IMG/VR virus record: IMGVR_UViG_3300025140_000187 | Span: 1 to 47,444 of that record | DNA: 47,444 nt | Source of the DNA: a virus | Lineage: Duplodnaviria > Caudoviricetes | Direction: 5' to 3' (one strand) | Shown: positions 1 through 9,966 of the stretch, one piece after another | Layout of the letters: each line of letters opens with the position of its first letter | Position numbering within the stretch: the stretch's first letter is position 1 | Program-made: the position numbers and the translations under genes | Notes under the pieces: generated by a model | Told to the model about the DNA's origin: nothing | The model's input: only the letters and a program-made list of their open reading frames with translations | Databases searched by the model: none

Positions 1-477
1 TCACGAACGACCCCGATCAAAAACCCGTCCCAAAAACCAGAAGTTCAGCACCCCAGCCCAAAGCGCCTGATCTGCCTCCGTCCAGGCTGCCAACACGGCA
101 GCACCCCAGCCAGCCCCAGCGTTCAGCGCCGCAATAAACGCCACCGTCTTGGCCGCACAGTACAACGCCATCAACCAGTAGGTGATGATCGGTCGCACGC
201 TTGACGACAAGGCATCAGCCCACCAGACACCGGTTTTCTCACCCTGGGTGCGCACTGCGTCACGCAATGCCTCAATCGCACCAGTGTTCCATGCCGCATC
301 AGCTTGTGAGCCAATTTCAGCCATGCGCTGCGCGCCGCGAATCTTCTCAAACTCCAGGGCCTTGTCCTGCATCGCCAACTCATGCCCACGCTCGCCCTTG
401 CGATCCAGCCATTTCAGAAATTCAGGAGCCAGTCGAAACGCGCCACCCAACAATCCACCCAGTAGCGTTTCAATCAT
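1..477 (-). CDS. Holin-like membrane protein (lysis module)
   Basis: 158 aa, several hydrophobic segments, C-terminal FWFLGR; downstream of tail-tip genes; overlaps previous gene by 4 bp. Confidence 0.55.
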   Translation of the reverse strand: MIETLLGGLLGGAFRLAPEFLKWLDRKGERGHELAMQDKALEFEKIRGAQRMAEIGSQADAAWNTGAIEALRDAVRTQGEKTGVWWADALSSSVRPIITYWLMALYCAAKTVAFIAALNAGAGWGAAVLAAWTEADQALWAGVLNFWFLGRVFDRGRS

Positions 478-767
478 TGGGCACCACCGAACAGTTTGAG
501 TTTGATCAGGGTGCCGGTCAGAATCGCCATCACCAGCCCGGTGACCACCATCTTGATGATGGTCAGACCAGCAGTTTTCTTGGCTTCATTGAAGGCATCG
601 AGCAGATTGCGCAGTTCACGGATGTCGTGGGCAGCGTCCTCACCATCGAGTCCCACCCCATGCAGGGCGTGACGCGCACCCTTCTCGGCAGCACGCTCAA
701 GCATTTGCTCAAAGTCTGCCTGCGGCATCGTGACCGTTTTACGTCGTTCAATTGATGTGTCTTCCAT
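474..767 (-). CDS. Small membrane protein, DUF6127-like (putative holin/antiholin)
   Basis: 97 aa, AAHDIRELRNLLDAF segment plus one C-terminal TM helix; GGAG RBS upstream. Confidence 0.55.
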   Translation of the reverse strand: MEDTSIERRKTVTMPQADFEQMLERAAEKGARHALHGVGLDGEDAAHDIRELRNLLDAFNEAKKTAGLTIIKMVVTGLVMAILTGTLIKLKLFGGAQ

Positions 768-778
768 TTTTCATGCTC

Positions 779-826
779 CAAAAATGCGAAACCCGCCAGA
801 TGCGCGGGATGCACATCGAAGCGGGT
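779..826 (-). terminator. Stem-loop / putative intrinsic terminator between tail and lysis genes
   Basis: ACCCGC (791-796)/GCGGGT (821-826) arms with inner pairing, followed by a U-rich tract on the minus strand. Confidence 0.45.
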
Positions 827-866
827 AACGGGTTAAAAAAGGCTAAAAATTGCTTTTCAGTCGGGG

Positions 867-1088
867 TCAGATTTCTATGATTTCCAGACTCAGGTTGGGT
901 GCAACGGCTTCCAGAACTTCATCACGTACAAACACGCGCGCACCCATGCTTGCGCTGCCTCGTGCCCTGACCGTGCCACCACCGGGCAACTGCACGGTGA
1001 CCACACCGGTACCAATCTCAGACACGGTGCCGACCTGTAGCGGTGGGTCAGACAGCAGTTGCTTGAACTGCTCGTAGACGTTATGCAT
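867..1088 (-). CDS. Small tail-tip (spike-like) protein
   Basis: ATG at 1088 (MHNVYEQF...) overlaps stop of the 659-aa gene; short beta-rich Gly/Val sequence. Confidence 0.55.
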   Translation of the reverse strand: MHNVYEQFKQLLSDPPLQVGTVSEIGTGVVTVQLPGGGTVRARGSASMGARVFVRDEVLEAVAPNLSLEIIEI

Positions 1089-3060
1089 AGGTCTGCACTC
1101 CCAAGGTTTGCCAGACCTCTGGAAATCCGGCCTGCACTTGGGTGGATCGCACCAGCCCGATGCGGTCAGCACCAGCGTCGCGGTACTGAACAAAGGCACC
1201 GGGCTCGATGATTCCGGTTTCAACCAGCACCGGCAGGTTCAAACTGACCTCGATCTGCCGACCGGTGTCACTCAAAACTGCCAGTCCACGCTGGCGGGCG
1301 ACTGCCGCGTCAGTGATCAAGGCATCCACCACCATCGGTGCCAGCAGATCGCCAGCAGTGCCCGACCGAGTCACCTGCGCCAGCACTCCTGCCTCCTGGC
1401 CAGAAACGAACACCCGGTTGTAGGACGGCTTTTCCAGCCAGCGAAGAGACTCTTTTTCCACTGCTTCGACTGGCAGAACAAAGCCTGAAGTCACTGTCGC
1501 CCACTCCCAGGGTGCCACTGGATATCGGTGGCGCACCCGGATCGTTTGGTCTCTGGGGTGCGGCAGCAGGTAGCCCCCGGCTGCCCCAGCAATGACACTC
1601 AGGGCTTCAATCCATGTTCCTTGGTGCGAAAACACTCCGGCTGGCACATTCCAGTCGGTCAGAACCCAGTCCAAATTCCAACCCATAGGCACACCGTTGA
1701 TGGTCAACACGTCATCCATTAACTGGCGTGCCGTGCGCGCCTGTGAGTTGGTAAAAGTCATCACCGGCGCATAGGGTGCAGCCAACACGGCATTCTTGCC
1801 ACGACCAGTCAATCGAATACTGGTCTGTCCAAAGCTGCGCTCACGACTGATGTTTTCAGCAAGGACTGCAAAAGTGGTGCCGTTCACAGTGGCCAGCAGT
1901 TCCACCACGCCAGCGCCGTTTGGTTCGATCAGACTTTGCGCAGTGTGCGGCAGCACGGCATCAAATCCCCAAGCCCAGGAGGATGCATCAAGAGACAGGG
2001 ACAAACTGTTGACCGGGACCTCCACCCCGTTGGATGCCCGGCGCAGACTGACATCATTGATCACAAAGTACACCTTTCTGACCGCAACGGTCACAACGCC
2101 GGTTGGCGGTTCTTCTGGAAAATCACACTGACGAGCACCAAAGATCAGCATGGGTTCCGCCAGTGGCGGACAGGCAAACAGCAAGGCTGTACCCCAGTAC
2201 GTCGGATCAATGGGTGGGGTCACCGGGATCAAATGCACACCCGGTCGCGGTACCCAAGCCTCCTGAAAGGTCGACGGCAGGAACCTCCTCAGTGGGATGG
2301 CAGCACCCGCATGACCCGTGTACCCCCTGTTGCGAGGGATCGCGCCAGCCCAAGAGTTCTCCAGCCATGCGCGCCTGTCATGCAACCCATCCTGAAAACG
2401 GCCCACGGCGCGAACCCCTTCAACACGGCGGCCTTCTTGGAAGGGACTGGTGCCGTTCACTCGCCGATCAGCCAGCCCGTCCGACCAATTGGCATGCAGG
2501 CGTGATCGCGTCGCGCATCCATCCTGAAACTGCGATCCAACCTCTCGGCTGGAACGAATGGCTTCAACATAACTCGGACTCACACCCTGGCGGATCGAGG
2601 CAGCGTTTTCCGCTTGATCCTGCGCGCCAGCATTGGTTGCCAGCGCGTGCTGCTGCGGCTGGGTCAAGCCGGACTCGGTGACCACCGACACCTGTGAGAA
2701 GGATTGCACATGCGCCACAGTCGGCCGTTGCGTCTGGCTCTGGTACTTCACAGCGACCGTGCCGACCAGATCGGGCAATGTCGCTTGCAAAGCCAATGGC
2801 ACACCAATGACCAGGTGCAAGTGAACGACCAGTTCTGGCAGTGCCCCTGAGACTTCGAACAGCGAGTCCGGATGGGTACTGGTGTCACTGTCACCAAACA
2901 CCAGCCGGGTCGGATGCACCCTGGGCGGCTGTGCAAACACCAGATCGGTGATTTTGGCGTTCGGGTCAACTGCACCTTCTCCAAACACCATTTCCAGCGG
3001 CTGTTCAATCAGCGGTGTACCAGCAAAGACCAAGTTTTCTGGCACGACGCGAAACCTCAC
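1081..3060 (-). CDS. Tail-tip/hub structural protein
   Basis: 659-aa ORF in tail operon; C-terminal half resembles tail hub proteins. Confidence 0.55.
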   Translation of the reverse strand: MRFRVVPENLVFAGTPLIEQPLEMVFGEGAVDPNAKITDLVFAQPPRVHPTRLVFGDSDTSTHPDSLFEVSGALPELVVHLHLVIGVPLALQATLPDLVGTVAVKYQSQTQRPTVAHVQSFSQVSVVTESGLTQPQQHALATNAGAQDQAENAASIRQGVSPSYVEAIRSSREVGSQFQDGCATRSRLHANWSDGLADRRVNGTSPFQEGRRVEGVRAVGRFQDGLHDRRAWLENSWAGAIPRNRGYTGHAGAAIPLRRFLPSTFQEAWVPRPGVHLIPVTPPIDPTYWGTALLFACPPLAEPMLIFGARQCDFPEEPPTGVVTVAVRKVYFVINDVSLRRASNGVEVPVNSLSLSLDASSWAWGFDAVLPHTAQSLIEPNGAGVVELLATVNGTTFAVLAENISRERSFGQTSIRLTGRGKNAVLAAPYAPVMTFTNSQARTARQLMDDVLTINGVPMGWNLDWVLTDWNVPAGVFSHQGTWIEALSVIAGAAGGYLLPHPRDQTIRVRHRYPVAPWEWATVTSGFVLPVEAVEKESLRWLEKPSYNRVFVSGQEAGVLAQVTRSGTAGDLLAPMVVDALITDAAVARQRGLAVLSDTGRQIEVSLNLPVLVETGIIEPGAFVQYRDAGADRIGLVRSTQVQAGFPEVWQTLGVQTYA

Positions 3061-3073
3061 AAATTAAAGTTGA

Positions 3074-3481
3074 TCAAGTCAAAGTGCATTGCCCCAGTAG
3101 CGCCCGAGCACCGGCGTAAAGCACCGTGCCGCTGGTGCCCGAGAGTTTGAAATCTCCGGTGCCAGCAGCGTCCGACACCGAACCGTCGGCCACCACTTCG
3201 TCACGGCCGTTGATCCAGCGTGCCCAAAGCGCAGTGCCGGTCTCCAGAATCAGGTCGCCGGATGGCTCTGACTGCTTGAGGGTCAACACGCTGGCGTTGA
3301 TCTCACCGCACGGCTTTGCCAGCAAGATTTCCACCAGCAGTCCACCACCCGGGTCGCCACCTGTTGCTGGCTGGGTTGTTGCGTACAGTCGAATGCGGCT
3401 GTTTTGCGGTCCAACATCGGCGAACGTCAGTGTTCCGGTCAGTCGCGCCAGCTTGTGCGCAGGAGAAATGGCCAGGGTCAT
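3074..3481 (-). CDS. Virion structural (tail-tip) protein
   Basis: 135 aa, coupled to upstream gene by 4-bp overlap; beta-rich. Confidence 0.55.
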   Translation of the reverse strand: MTLAISPAHKLARLTGTLTFADVGPQNSRIRLYATTQPATGGDPGGGLLVEILLAKPCGEINASVLTLKQSEPSGDLILETGTALWARWINGRDEVVADGSVSDAAGTGDFKLSGTSGTVLYAGARALLGQCTLT

Positions 3482-4572
3482 GTAACCGTCTCCAGCATCA
3501 GTTCAGGAACTACCCGGTCAGCCACCACCGCCCGAAAGGCCTGGGTGTGGTCATAGCTCACCACGGTGTAGGTGGTGTTCATGGCGATTCGGCCAAACGA
3601 ATAGGCACCGGTCGCCGCTTCGCTCCATGTCTCGCGGATCACGGCCCGAGTGGCTTCCTCGATCAGCAAAACACGCCTCCTCACTGGTGTGGCTGGTGTG
3701 TTTTTGACAGTGCCCACCACTTGGCCCACACCACCGAAGTAAATGTCGTGTTGGCCCAAGATCGGCACCAGCGCTTTGTTGCGAACTCCCAAACCATCAA
3801 GCGCTTGCATCGGTGCAGTGTTGATGCGCCCAGTGTTATCACCCAGACCTTGTGTAGCCAGATTAACCGTTGGAATGGTGTTGACCCGACTCAGGTCAGT
3901 CCCGTACCCATGAAAAATCACTGCTGGCCCCACCACGGCCAGGCGAACCTGAGCCTCCAGGTCTTGCAAATCTGTGAGGCTCGCGACGCCTTCAAACATG
4001 CCCAGCGCCGACAAATTCGCATACATGCCCCATGATGAGGGCCAATTAGAGCCAACACTTGAGAGCAAGCTCAAGGGGACGTTGAATTTCGTACCCACCC
4101 AAGTTCCATTGCAGTAATACTGGTAACCACTGGCATCAAAAGCGATGGCGACGAACTTGACCGCTGCCGCTGTGGGCAGTCCGACCGAGTTTGCCGAGCC
4201 TTCGCAGCGAATCTGCCCATGTGGGCTCAGTGTCGTGACATCCGTCTCAATCAGCAGCGCATGGTAGTTGCCAGTTACCCCGTAATCAGAAAACAGCATC
4301 ACCCGTGGGTTGACGTGACTCACCAGCGCCATCAGCACACCAGAAGTCGGACGAGTCACCCTTTGATAACTCCAGCCAGCACCCACCCCTTTGACGCAGG
4401 TGATGGATTGAACGGGGTTGGTTCCCACCACCACCAGACTGGCCGACTGGCCCGCCATGTCCGCATGGTTACCACCGCCCGTCAAATCGGTCAAAACCGA
4501 GTTCGACTGGAAGTGTGAGGAGTCATAGGCAATGATCGGGGTCAACCCCATAGCACTTGTCCACCAGCTCAT
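3478..4572 (-). CDS. Putative receptor-binding/tail fibre protein (lectin-like N-terminus, Ig-like C-terminus)
   Basis: 364 aa; FVAIAFD...YYCNG resembles LamG-type strand pattern; C-terminal RRRVLLIEEAT...ETWS...GAYSF. Confidence 0.45.
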   Translation of the reverse strand: MSWWTSAMGLTPIIAYDSSHFQSNSVLTDLTGGGNHADMAGQSASLVVVGTNPVQSITCVKGVGAGWSYQRVTRPTSGVLMALVSHVNPRVMLFSDYGVTGNYHALLIETDVTTLSPHGQIRCEGSANSVGLPTAAAVKFVAIAFDASGYQYYCNGTWVGTKFNVPLSLLSSVGSNWPSSWGMYANLSALGMFEGVASLTDLQDLEAQVRLAVVGPAVIFHGYGTDLSRVNTIPTVNLATQGLGDNTGRINTAPMQALDGLGVRNKALVPILGQHDIYFGGVGQVVGTVKNTPATPVRRRVLLIEEATRAVIRETWSEAATGAYSFGRIAMNTTYTVVSYDHTQAFRAVVADRVVPELMLETVT

Positions 4573-4575
4573 GGC

Positions 4576-5862
4576 TTACCACCAGGGACCGGTGATGTCA
4601 TAGGCCAGTGTGGCGGTGTAGTTGCCACTGCTGACCCCATGAGCGACCTTGAGCAGCAAAAAGGTGCGCCCGGGGTAGCCTGCCACGCCCGAGATGGTGT
4701 CGAGATGGTTGAAGCTGGGGCTGTCGTTATGCACCCAGAACATGCCTGGCATCCTGCCGCGCAAGTGGGAGCTTTCGCGCAGCAAGGTCGGGTGCAGGAT
4801 CATGCTGTAGTCCGGCCCATTGGGCCAACTGATGCCCGTGCTGTAGCCCGAGGTGGTCTGGCCATTATTAGTGTTCAGGCTGGTAAACGAGGGATTGACG
4901 TTGTTGCCAATTTGCAGATAGCTGCGCATCAGAATCTTGCCGGTGCCATCCAGCGTTCGCGGAAATCGTGAGCGCCAGTCGGAGGATTGATACCCTTCGC
5001 TGTCATAACTGCTGTTGGGTATGGAAGCATAGTTATAGGCCTCCTGCGCGCACAGCAAGGTGTTGAAACCGTCGGCACTGCGGTAACTCTCGAAGTCCGT
5101 GAAGCACTTGCCGCCCAGGCCGCCCGAACTCCAGGTGTCGTTAAAAATGTAAAAACCACGATCATCACCCACCAAAGTCCAGGGGCGGTTGAAAACAGAT
5201 GCGCCGTAGTGATCGTAGGCATTGCCATCTGACCTGGCGTAATACCACTTGTACCAACCGTCATACACACCGGCACCGGAACCGGTCGCGACTTCGTTTC
5301 GTGTGGGGTAAGCACTGTCAAACGGAGCCCGGGCACCGACGAAAGTGTCAATGTCACTCATGCCTTGGGCCATGGTCACTTTGGCCTTTTTGGCGTAAGT
5401 GGTGGTGTAGGCCGGATCACAACCGTCGTCCACCCGCAGATAGGGGCGATTGGACAGGACATTTTTGCTGCGGTAGGCGCGCTTGTTGGTCGCGGTAAAA
5501 GCGATCTCCCAACCAAGCGGTGCCACCTTGGAGGTGATGCTCGCACCTGTAGCCGGACTCACCGGCGTGCCGGTGATGGCGTAGGTGAAAGTGCTGGTCG
5601 TCACAGCCACCACACGCACCTCGCCGTTGTACTCGTTCTGATCTGCGCCAGAGATGGTCAGCACCTGACCCACCCAGTACAAATGCCCTGCGGGAATGCT
5701 GGCTGTGGCAACACCGGCGACGCTGGTCAGCGTTTCGATGGTTTTGAGGTTGAACCCGGTGACCAGCACCGCATCGAGCAGCGCGGTCATGCAGCCCCAG
5801 TCATTGGTCAGTTGAGGGGCACCCTGCATGGTGTTGGCGTAGTATTTGACGGGCAATGTCAT
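4576..5862 (-). CDS. Tail fibre-associated structural protein
   Basis: 428 aa, Tyr/Trp/Gly-rich, within tail operon. Confidence 0.5.
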   Translation of the reverse strand: MTLPVKYYANTMQGAPQLTNDWGCMTALLDAVLVTGFNLKTIETLTSVAGVATASIPAGHLYWVGQVLTISGADQNEYNGEVRVVAVTTSTFTYAITGTPVSPATGASITSKVAPLGWEIAFTATNKRAYRSKNVLSNRPYLRVDDGCDPAYTTTYAKKAKVTMAQGMSDIDTFVGARAPFDSAYPTRNEVATGSGAGVYDGWYKWYYARSDGNAYDHYGASVFNRPWTLVGDDRGFYIFNDTWSSGGLGGKCFTDFESYRSADGFNTLLCAQEAYNYASIPNSSYDSEGYQSSDWRSRFPRTLDGTGKILMRSYLQIGNNVNPSFTSLNTNNGQTTSGYSTGISWPNGPDYSMILHPTLLRESSHLRGRMPGMFWVHNDSPSFNHLDTISGVAGYPGRTFLLLKVAHGVSSGNYTATLAYDITGPWW

Positions 5863-5904
5863 ATCGTTTCCTTTTCAAATGAGTGAGTTCTGATCAGTCG
5901 GGCA

Positions 5905-8900
5905 TCAAGGTCGGTCCACATCGCCGCGCGACAGCAAAGTGAAGGAGTGCTGGATACCGGTGTTGGGCCCTTGCTGGATGGTTCGCACCACCCAAACTGG
6001 TGTCATCGCGCCCACGGTGTTAAAGCGCAGCATGTTTCCCGCCGCCCAGCCAATGCCCCAGCCCAATGCCGGAACCTTGAAATACGGCGTGTTGGTGGCA
6101 GGGTTGTTGGGGCTCAGATCGGTATTGGTACTGCCAATGGCAATCACACCAACGTGCTCGCCGATGACGTTGAAGCTCGTGGTGTTGGTGAATACCAGCG
6201 CCCAGCGTTCTGACACCGCGCCCTTGTTGGTCACCACAATGGGTGCCAGCACGTCGTTGAAGGTGCCAGTTGCCGCAGTGCCGCTGACACCATCAAGCCA
6301 GGTGGTGCCGTTCCAGGTGGCCTGATCGAACAGCACAGACACGCGGGCTTTGAGGTCGCCTGCGATCAATGCGCTTGAGACAAAGCTGCTGGGTGGACTG
6401 GTGACGGGATAGTCATGGGTGAGTGGCCGGGTAAAAGTCAATTCCCCACTGATCTGAACATCACTGACCACCGCCATGTCTTCGACCCGGTGCTCAATTC
6501 GCACAGGCTGGCTGTAGCCCGCCACAGCGGAGAAGGTCACCATCCCGGCTTCCAGGTCAACTGAGTAGCCCGAATTGATGACATTGCCATCGAACCCGAC
6601 CACCCGGACCCGACTCAGGCGCACCCGTGCGCAGTTAATGATCTGACCGTTCGCGACAGTTGCCGTGATGGATTGGGTATTACCCACCACCGCAAAGCCA
6701 CCAGGGCGAAAGATCGGAACTCGCCCGTCGCTGGGCAGGCGCACCGGGTCAATGCCGAGGATATTGGCGTCCAGCGGCAGGTAGCTGTAGGCCACGGCCG
6801 CATAGCGAATGGAGTCCGCCATGACGGCGGAAGCCACAAAGATATGCCCGCCGATGATTTTGGACGCGTCATACCAGGGCTTGGTCTCGTTGCCAGCCGC
6901 CAATTCCCACTTGCCAAAGGCCAGCGACACAATGCCGGTCTCGTAATCCACCTTGCCGGTCACGTTGGCAGATTCAATTCGGCCGTTGGCGTCTGAAGTG
7001 ACGATATGCGAAACCTGCGCATCATCATCTGCTAGCACAAATTGGACAGTCAGGCTGGAAGGTCGAATCGGTGCCGTGCTGGTTCTGAACTGCACGTCAG
7101 TCACCGGCATCGGACTCTGGCTGGTCACCATGCTGGTGATCACCCCCGAATTCGCCGCGCCCACTGGCAGCACAGTCAAACTTGCCATGCCGGTCGAGTA
7201 GTTGATACTGCCCGAGGTCAGCCCGGAACCGGTTGCCAGATCGATGTTGGTGATCAGCGATCCCTGGCGGTCAATAAAACGTGTGCCACCCAACGTGAAG
7301 CTGCATGACCCGCCCACAATGGGCTCGCTCGAGCTTTGCGTCAGATCGACCGCAAACTTGACCGGAAACACCTCAGTGTTGGTGTTGCCAGCGGCGCTGG
7401 TGCGGTAAGTGACCTTGACATACCCGGACATGTCGGTGGGCATGATGGCCCCGATGGTCTGGTAGGTGAACCCGCCAAACACCGTTTTCTCCGTGGCCAG
7501 GGTGCCTGTGTACCAGGCGTTGTCAATCACCTGCGTTCCGATGACCACCTTTGTCCAGTTGGGCTTCGGTAATGCAATCACGGTATCGGGCTTGAACCTC
7601 AAAGTCCCAGCCGCGTAATTGATCACGCCTGCGCATTCCGGACGCGTTTGAAAACCGCCAGCGCCGTTGTCATGGACGATGACGATGGGGTCGACACGGG
7701 GTTTGTAAGTCAGGGAGAGCCAACGGGTCGAAATCTGGCCCTCAATGGTCAGGTCTTTCTCGTCGTAAACAGTGTTCCACTCGACCTTGACCGTGCGCGC
7801 CAGCACATTGGGGTTGGCCAACACGATCTCGATGTGTCCGTCTGGTGCAAAACGCTCGGGTGCCTGGAAATTCTCATCAATCGGCGCTCCCCAAGAGTAT
7901 TCAATGCTGACTTGCGCACCAGAGCTGGGCAGGATCAATGGCTTGAAGGTGATCACGCCATCCAAATAGTCCACTTTTCCGGTGGCGTCCCCGGTAAGCA
8001 GCCCCTGTCCGTTGTCAGTGGCGGTTTTATCCACGCCACCCGTCACCCAAGTCAACGTGACCGTGCCCGGTGCCACGCCAGGGTTAGCCAGCGTAAAAAC
8101 CGATTGGGCTGCTATTGCCCCACCATAGACGGCGGTGTCGGCAGTGGCCAGTCCATAAGTGGCGAGCACCTGCGTACCGGCATCTGGCAAGGCCGCGAGG
8201 GTGACCATCATCGATCCGGTATTGAAATTGAGCGTGCCTGCGCCAACAGACCCAAACGCGCTGCGCAACTGGCCGTTGCCCGCATCACGCAGGGTGTACC
8301 AGCGACCCTGTGCGCGATAACTCAGCGCAAAACTGCCCGGCTTTGGCGCAGGATCAAAGATGGCCACCAGTGTGCTGGAGCGTGACTCCGCAGTGACCGC
8401 CCAACTGGCGGTGTGAAGTGAGCGCACCGGCGTTGCCGCTGGTATGTAGATGATGGTCTTGGCACCTGCGTAGCTCACAGACGGATCAGTGATTGAAATC
8501 AGCCCATTGGCGTAATCCACCGCACCCACTGCGCTGCCAGCCGCAGACAACAATCCACCATCGTCGACCAGGGTCAAGCTGCCGGAGGTCAGTTTGAGCG
8601 TATTGGGCATGATGGCCTGGCCCACGCTGATAGTGTGAGAGGTGTTGAGTGCCACCGAGGTGGTGATCGTCAACGGCCCACCCGCAGCGGATAAAACCAC
8701 CTGTTCACCGTTGGGTTTCAGATCGACCAGTGGGGTTTCAGTCTGGGCACTGGGCACCAGTTGGGTGTAGACGCTGGTGGCGCGAATGCTGAACGTCGCG
8801 AGATTTGCTGCTGCGGCCAGTGGCACCACCCCCACATAGGAGCCTGCATCTGCCACCGTGGTGTCTCTCACCTTGGTCGCACCCGCTGCTGGTGCCGCCT

Positions 8901-9528
8901 TGGCATTGCCTTCAGACCCCTGAAAATCCGTGCGCAGTGCATCGCTGATAGAACAGGTCACTACGTTCATGTCGACCATCTTTCCCTGGCTGTCCTCGAA
9001 CTTGCGTTTGACGGCACTGACCTCGGTGGTGCGGATGTACTGGTTTCTCTCGTTGGTTGCCCCTTCGTTTTGCACCAGCACCATGGTCTGGCCGATTCGA
9101 GGCAGTTCAGCATCCACACCCTGCAAGATTTGCACGGCACGCTGACCAGCAATATGGTTTTCCAGCAGCATGCCGCCCCACATCGGGCCTTTGGTCAAAT
9201 AGCTCTCCACCCGGGCCGATGCGGCGTCACGCCGATCAAAGGTATCGCGGGTGCTGAACAGCGTGACACTGACATTCGGATCCGCAGGAGGCTCGGAGAC
9301 GATGATGTTCGAACCCATGTAGGTGTCGGTGTCCATCGTCTGCACCGAGACGTGGAGTTTTCGCAGGTTCACCCGGCCACCAGCCCTGTCGAGTTCGGAG
9401 ATGTCCGGAAAGATGGCATTGCTGGTCCCGTCCGTAATGACTGTGGCCGTGGGCGCACCACCGCCCTCGGGCACGTCGTCCATGACTTGGGATGCGACCA
9501 GTTTGATATCGCCAGTGAGAATGGGCAT
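5905..9528 (-). CDS. Large tail-tip/baseplate structural protein with internal repeats
   Basis: 1207 aa downstream of tape measure; six D-x-x-G...G-x-[IVL]-[DN]-[YF]-x-x-G repeats. Confidence 0.65.
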   Translation of the reverse strand: MPILTGDIKLVASQVMDDVPEGGGAPTATVITDGTSNAIFPDISELDRAGGRVNLRKLHVSVQTMDTDTYMGSNIIVSEPPADPNVSVTLFSTRDTFDRRDAASARVESYLTKGPMWGGMLLENHIAGQRAVQILQGVDAELPRIGQTMVLVQNEGATNERNQYIRTTEVSAVKRKFEDSQGKMVDMNVVTCSISDALRTDFQGSEGNAKAAPAAGATKVRDTTVADAGSYVGVVPLAAAANLATFSIRATSVYTQLVPSAQTETPLVDLKPNGEQVVLSAAGGPLTITTSVALNTSHTISVGQAIMPNTLKLTSGSLTLVDDGGLLSAAGSAVGAVDYANGLISITDPSVSYAGAKTIIYIPAATPVRSLHTASWAVTAESRSSTLVAIFDPAPKPGSFALSYRAQGRWYTLRDAGNGQLRSAFGSVGAGTLNFNTGSMMVTLAALPDAGTQVLATYGLATADTAVYGGAIAAQSVFTLANPGVAPGTVTLTWVTGGVDKTATDNGQGLLTGDATGKVDYLDGVITFKPLILPSSGAQVSIEYSWGAPIDENFQAPERFAPDGHIEIVLANPNVLARTVKVEWNTVYDEKDLTIEGQISTRWLSLTYKPRVDPIVIVHDNGAGGFQTRPECAGVINYAAGTLRFKPDTVIALPKPNWTKVVIGTQVIDNAWYTGTLATEKTVFGGFTYQTIGAIMPTDMSGYVKVTYRTSAAGNTNTEVFPVKFAVDLTQSSSEPIVGGSCSFTLGGTRFIDRQGSLITNIDLATGSGLTSGSINYSTGMASLTVLPVGAANSGVITSMVTSQSPMPVTDVQFRTSTAPIRPSSLTVQFVLADDDAQVSHIVTSDANGRIESANVTGKVDYETGIVSLAFGKWELAAGNETKPWYDASKIIGGHIFVASAVMADSIRYAAVAYSYLPLDANILGIDPVRLPSDGRVPIFRPGGFAVVGNTQSITATVANGQIINCARVRLSRVRVVGFDGNVINSGYSVDLEAGMVTFSAVAGYSQPVRIEHRVEDMAVVSDVQISGELTFTRPLTHDYPVTSPPSSFVSSALIAGDLKARVSVLFDQATWNGTTWLDGVSGTAATGTFNDVLAPIVVTNKGAVSERWALVFTNTTSFNVIGEHVGVIAIGSTNTDLSPNNPATNTPYFKVPALGWGIGWAAGNMLRFNTVGAMTPVWVVRTIQQGPNTGIQHSFTLLSRGDVDRP

Positions 9529-9547
9529 GTCAATTCCAAATAAAAAA

Positions 9548-9955
9548 TCAGATTTGCATCAGCTTCAAGGTGATGCGGTAGAAGTCAGCCTCTGACCGTG
9601 CGGGAAACCCGGTAACGGGCTCGGCTTCAAGGGCACCGTCGGCATGGCGAAATGCCACCGTGAACACCCGGGCATCAGTGAGCGTCAACTCAAAGCGGCC
9701 ACTGACCGCGTCCAGCGGCAGTGCTGCCCAGTCCCGCAGAACATTGACCACCGATCTCGTAACCCATGCCATGTCGGCAGCGCCCACCAGGGTGATGGCC
9801 CGCCCCGCATGCCGTGTGGCCGACTGCACCAGGAGAGAACCAGTGATCAGGTACGACACGCTGGAGACCACTGGACTCCAGCCGTGTTCATCGCTCCACA
9901 GCAAATCGTCAGGCAGGGTCAACGTGGCCCCACTGAAGAGGTTTTTAAGTTCCAT
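9548..9955 (-). CDS. Distal tail protein-like
   Basis: 135 aa immediately after tape measure gene. Confidence 0.55.
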   Translation of the reverse strand: MELKNLFSGATLTLPDDLLWSDEHGWSPVVSSVSYLITGSLLVQSATRHAGRAITLVGAADMAWVTRSVVNVLRDWAALPLDAVSGRFELTLTDARVFTVAFRHADGALEAEPVTGFPARSEADFYRITLKLMQI

Positions 9956-9966
9956 GAAGATCGTCC

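Noticed and set aside
579-605. Additional CTTGGCTT hits (here and near 11992) as motif copies
   Set aside because: Lack CAGCG at the 10-bp spacing and lie inside genes
3478-9528. Diversity-generating retroelement or invertible tail-fibre switch
   Set aside because: No reverse transcriptase or invertase ORF, and no TR/VR pair or inversion sites noticed by eye
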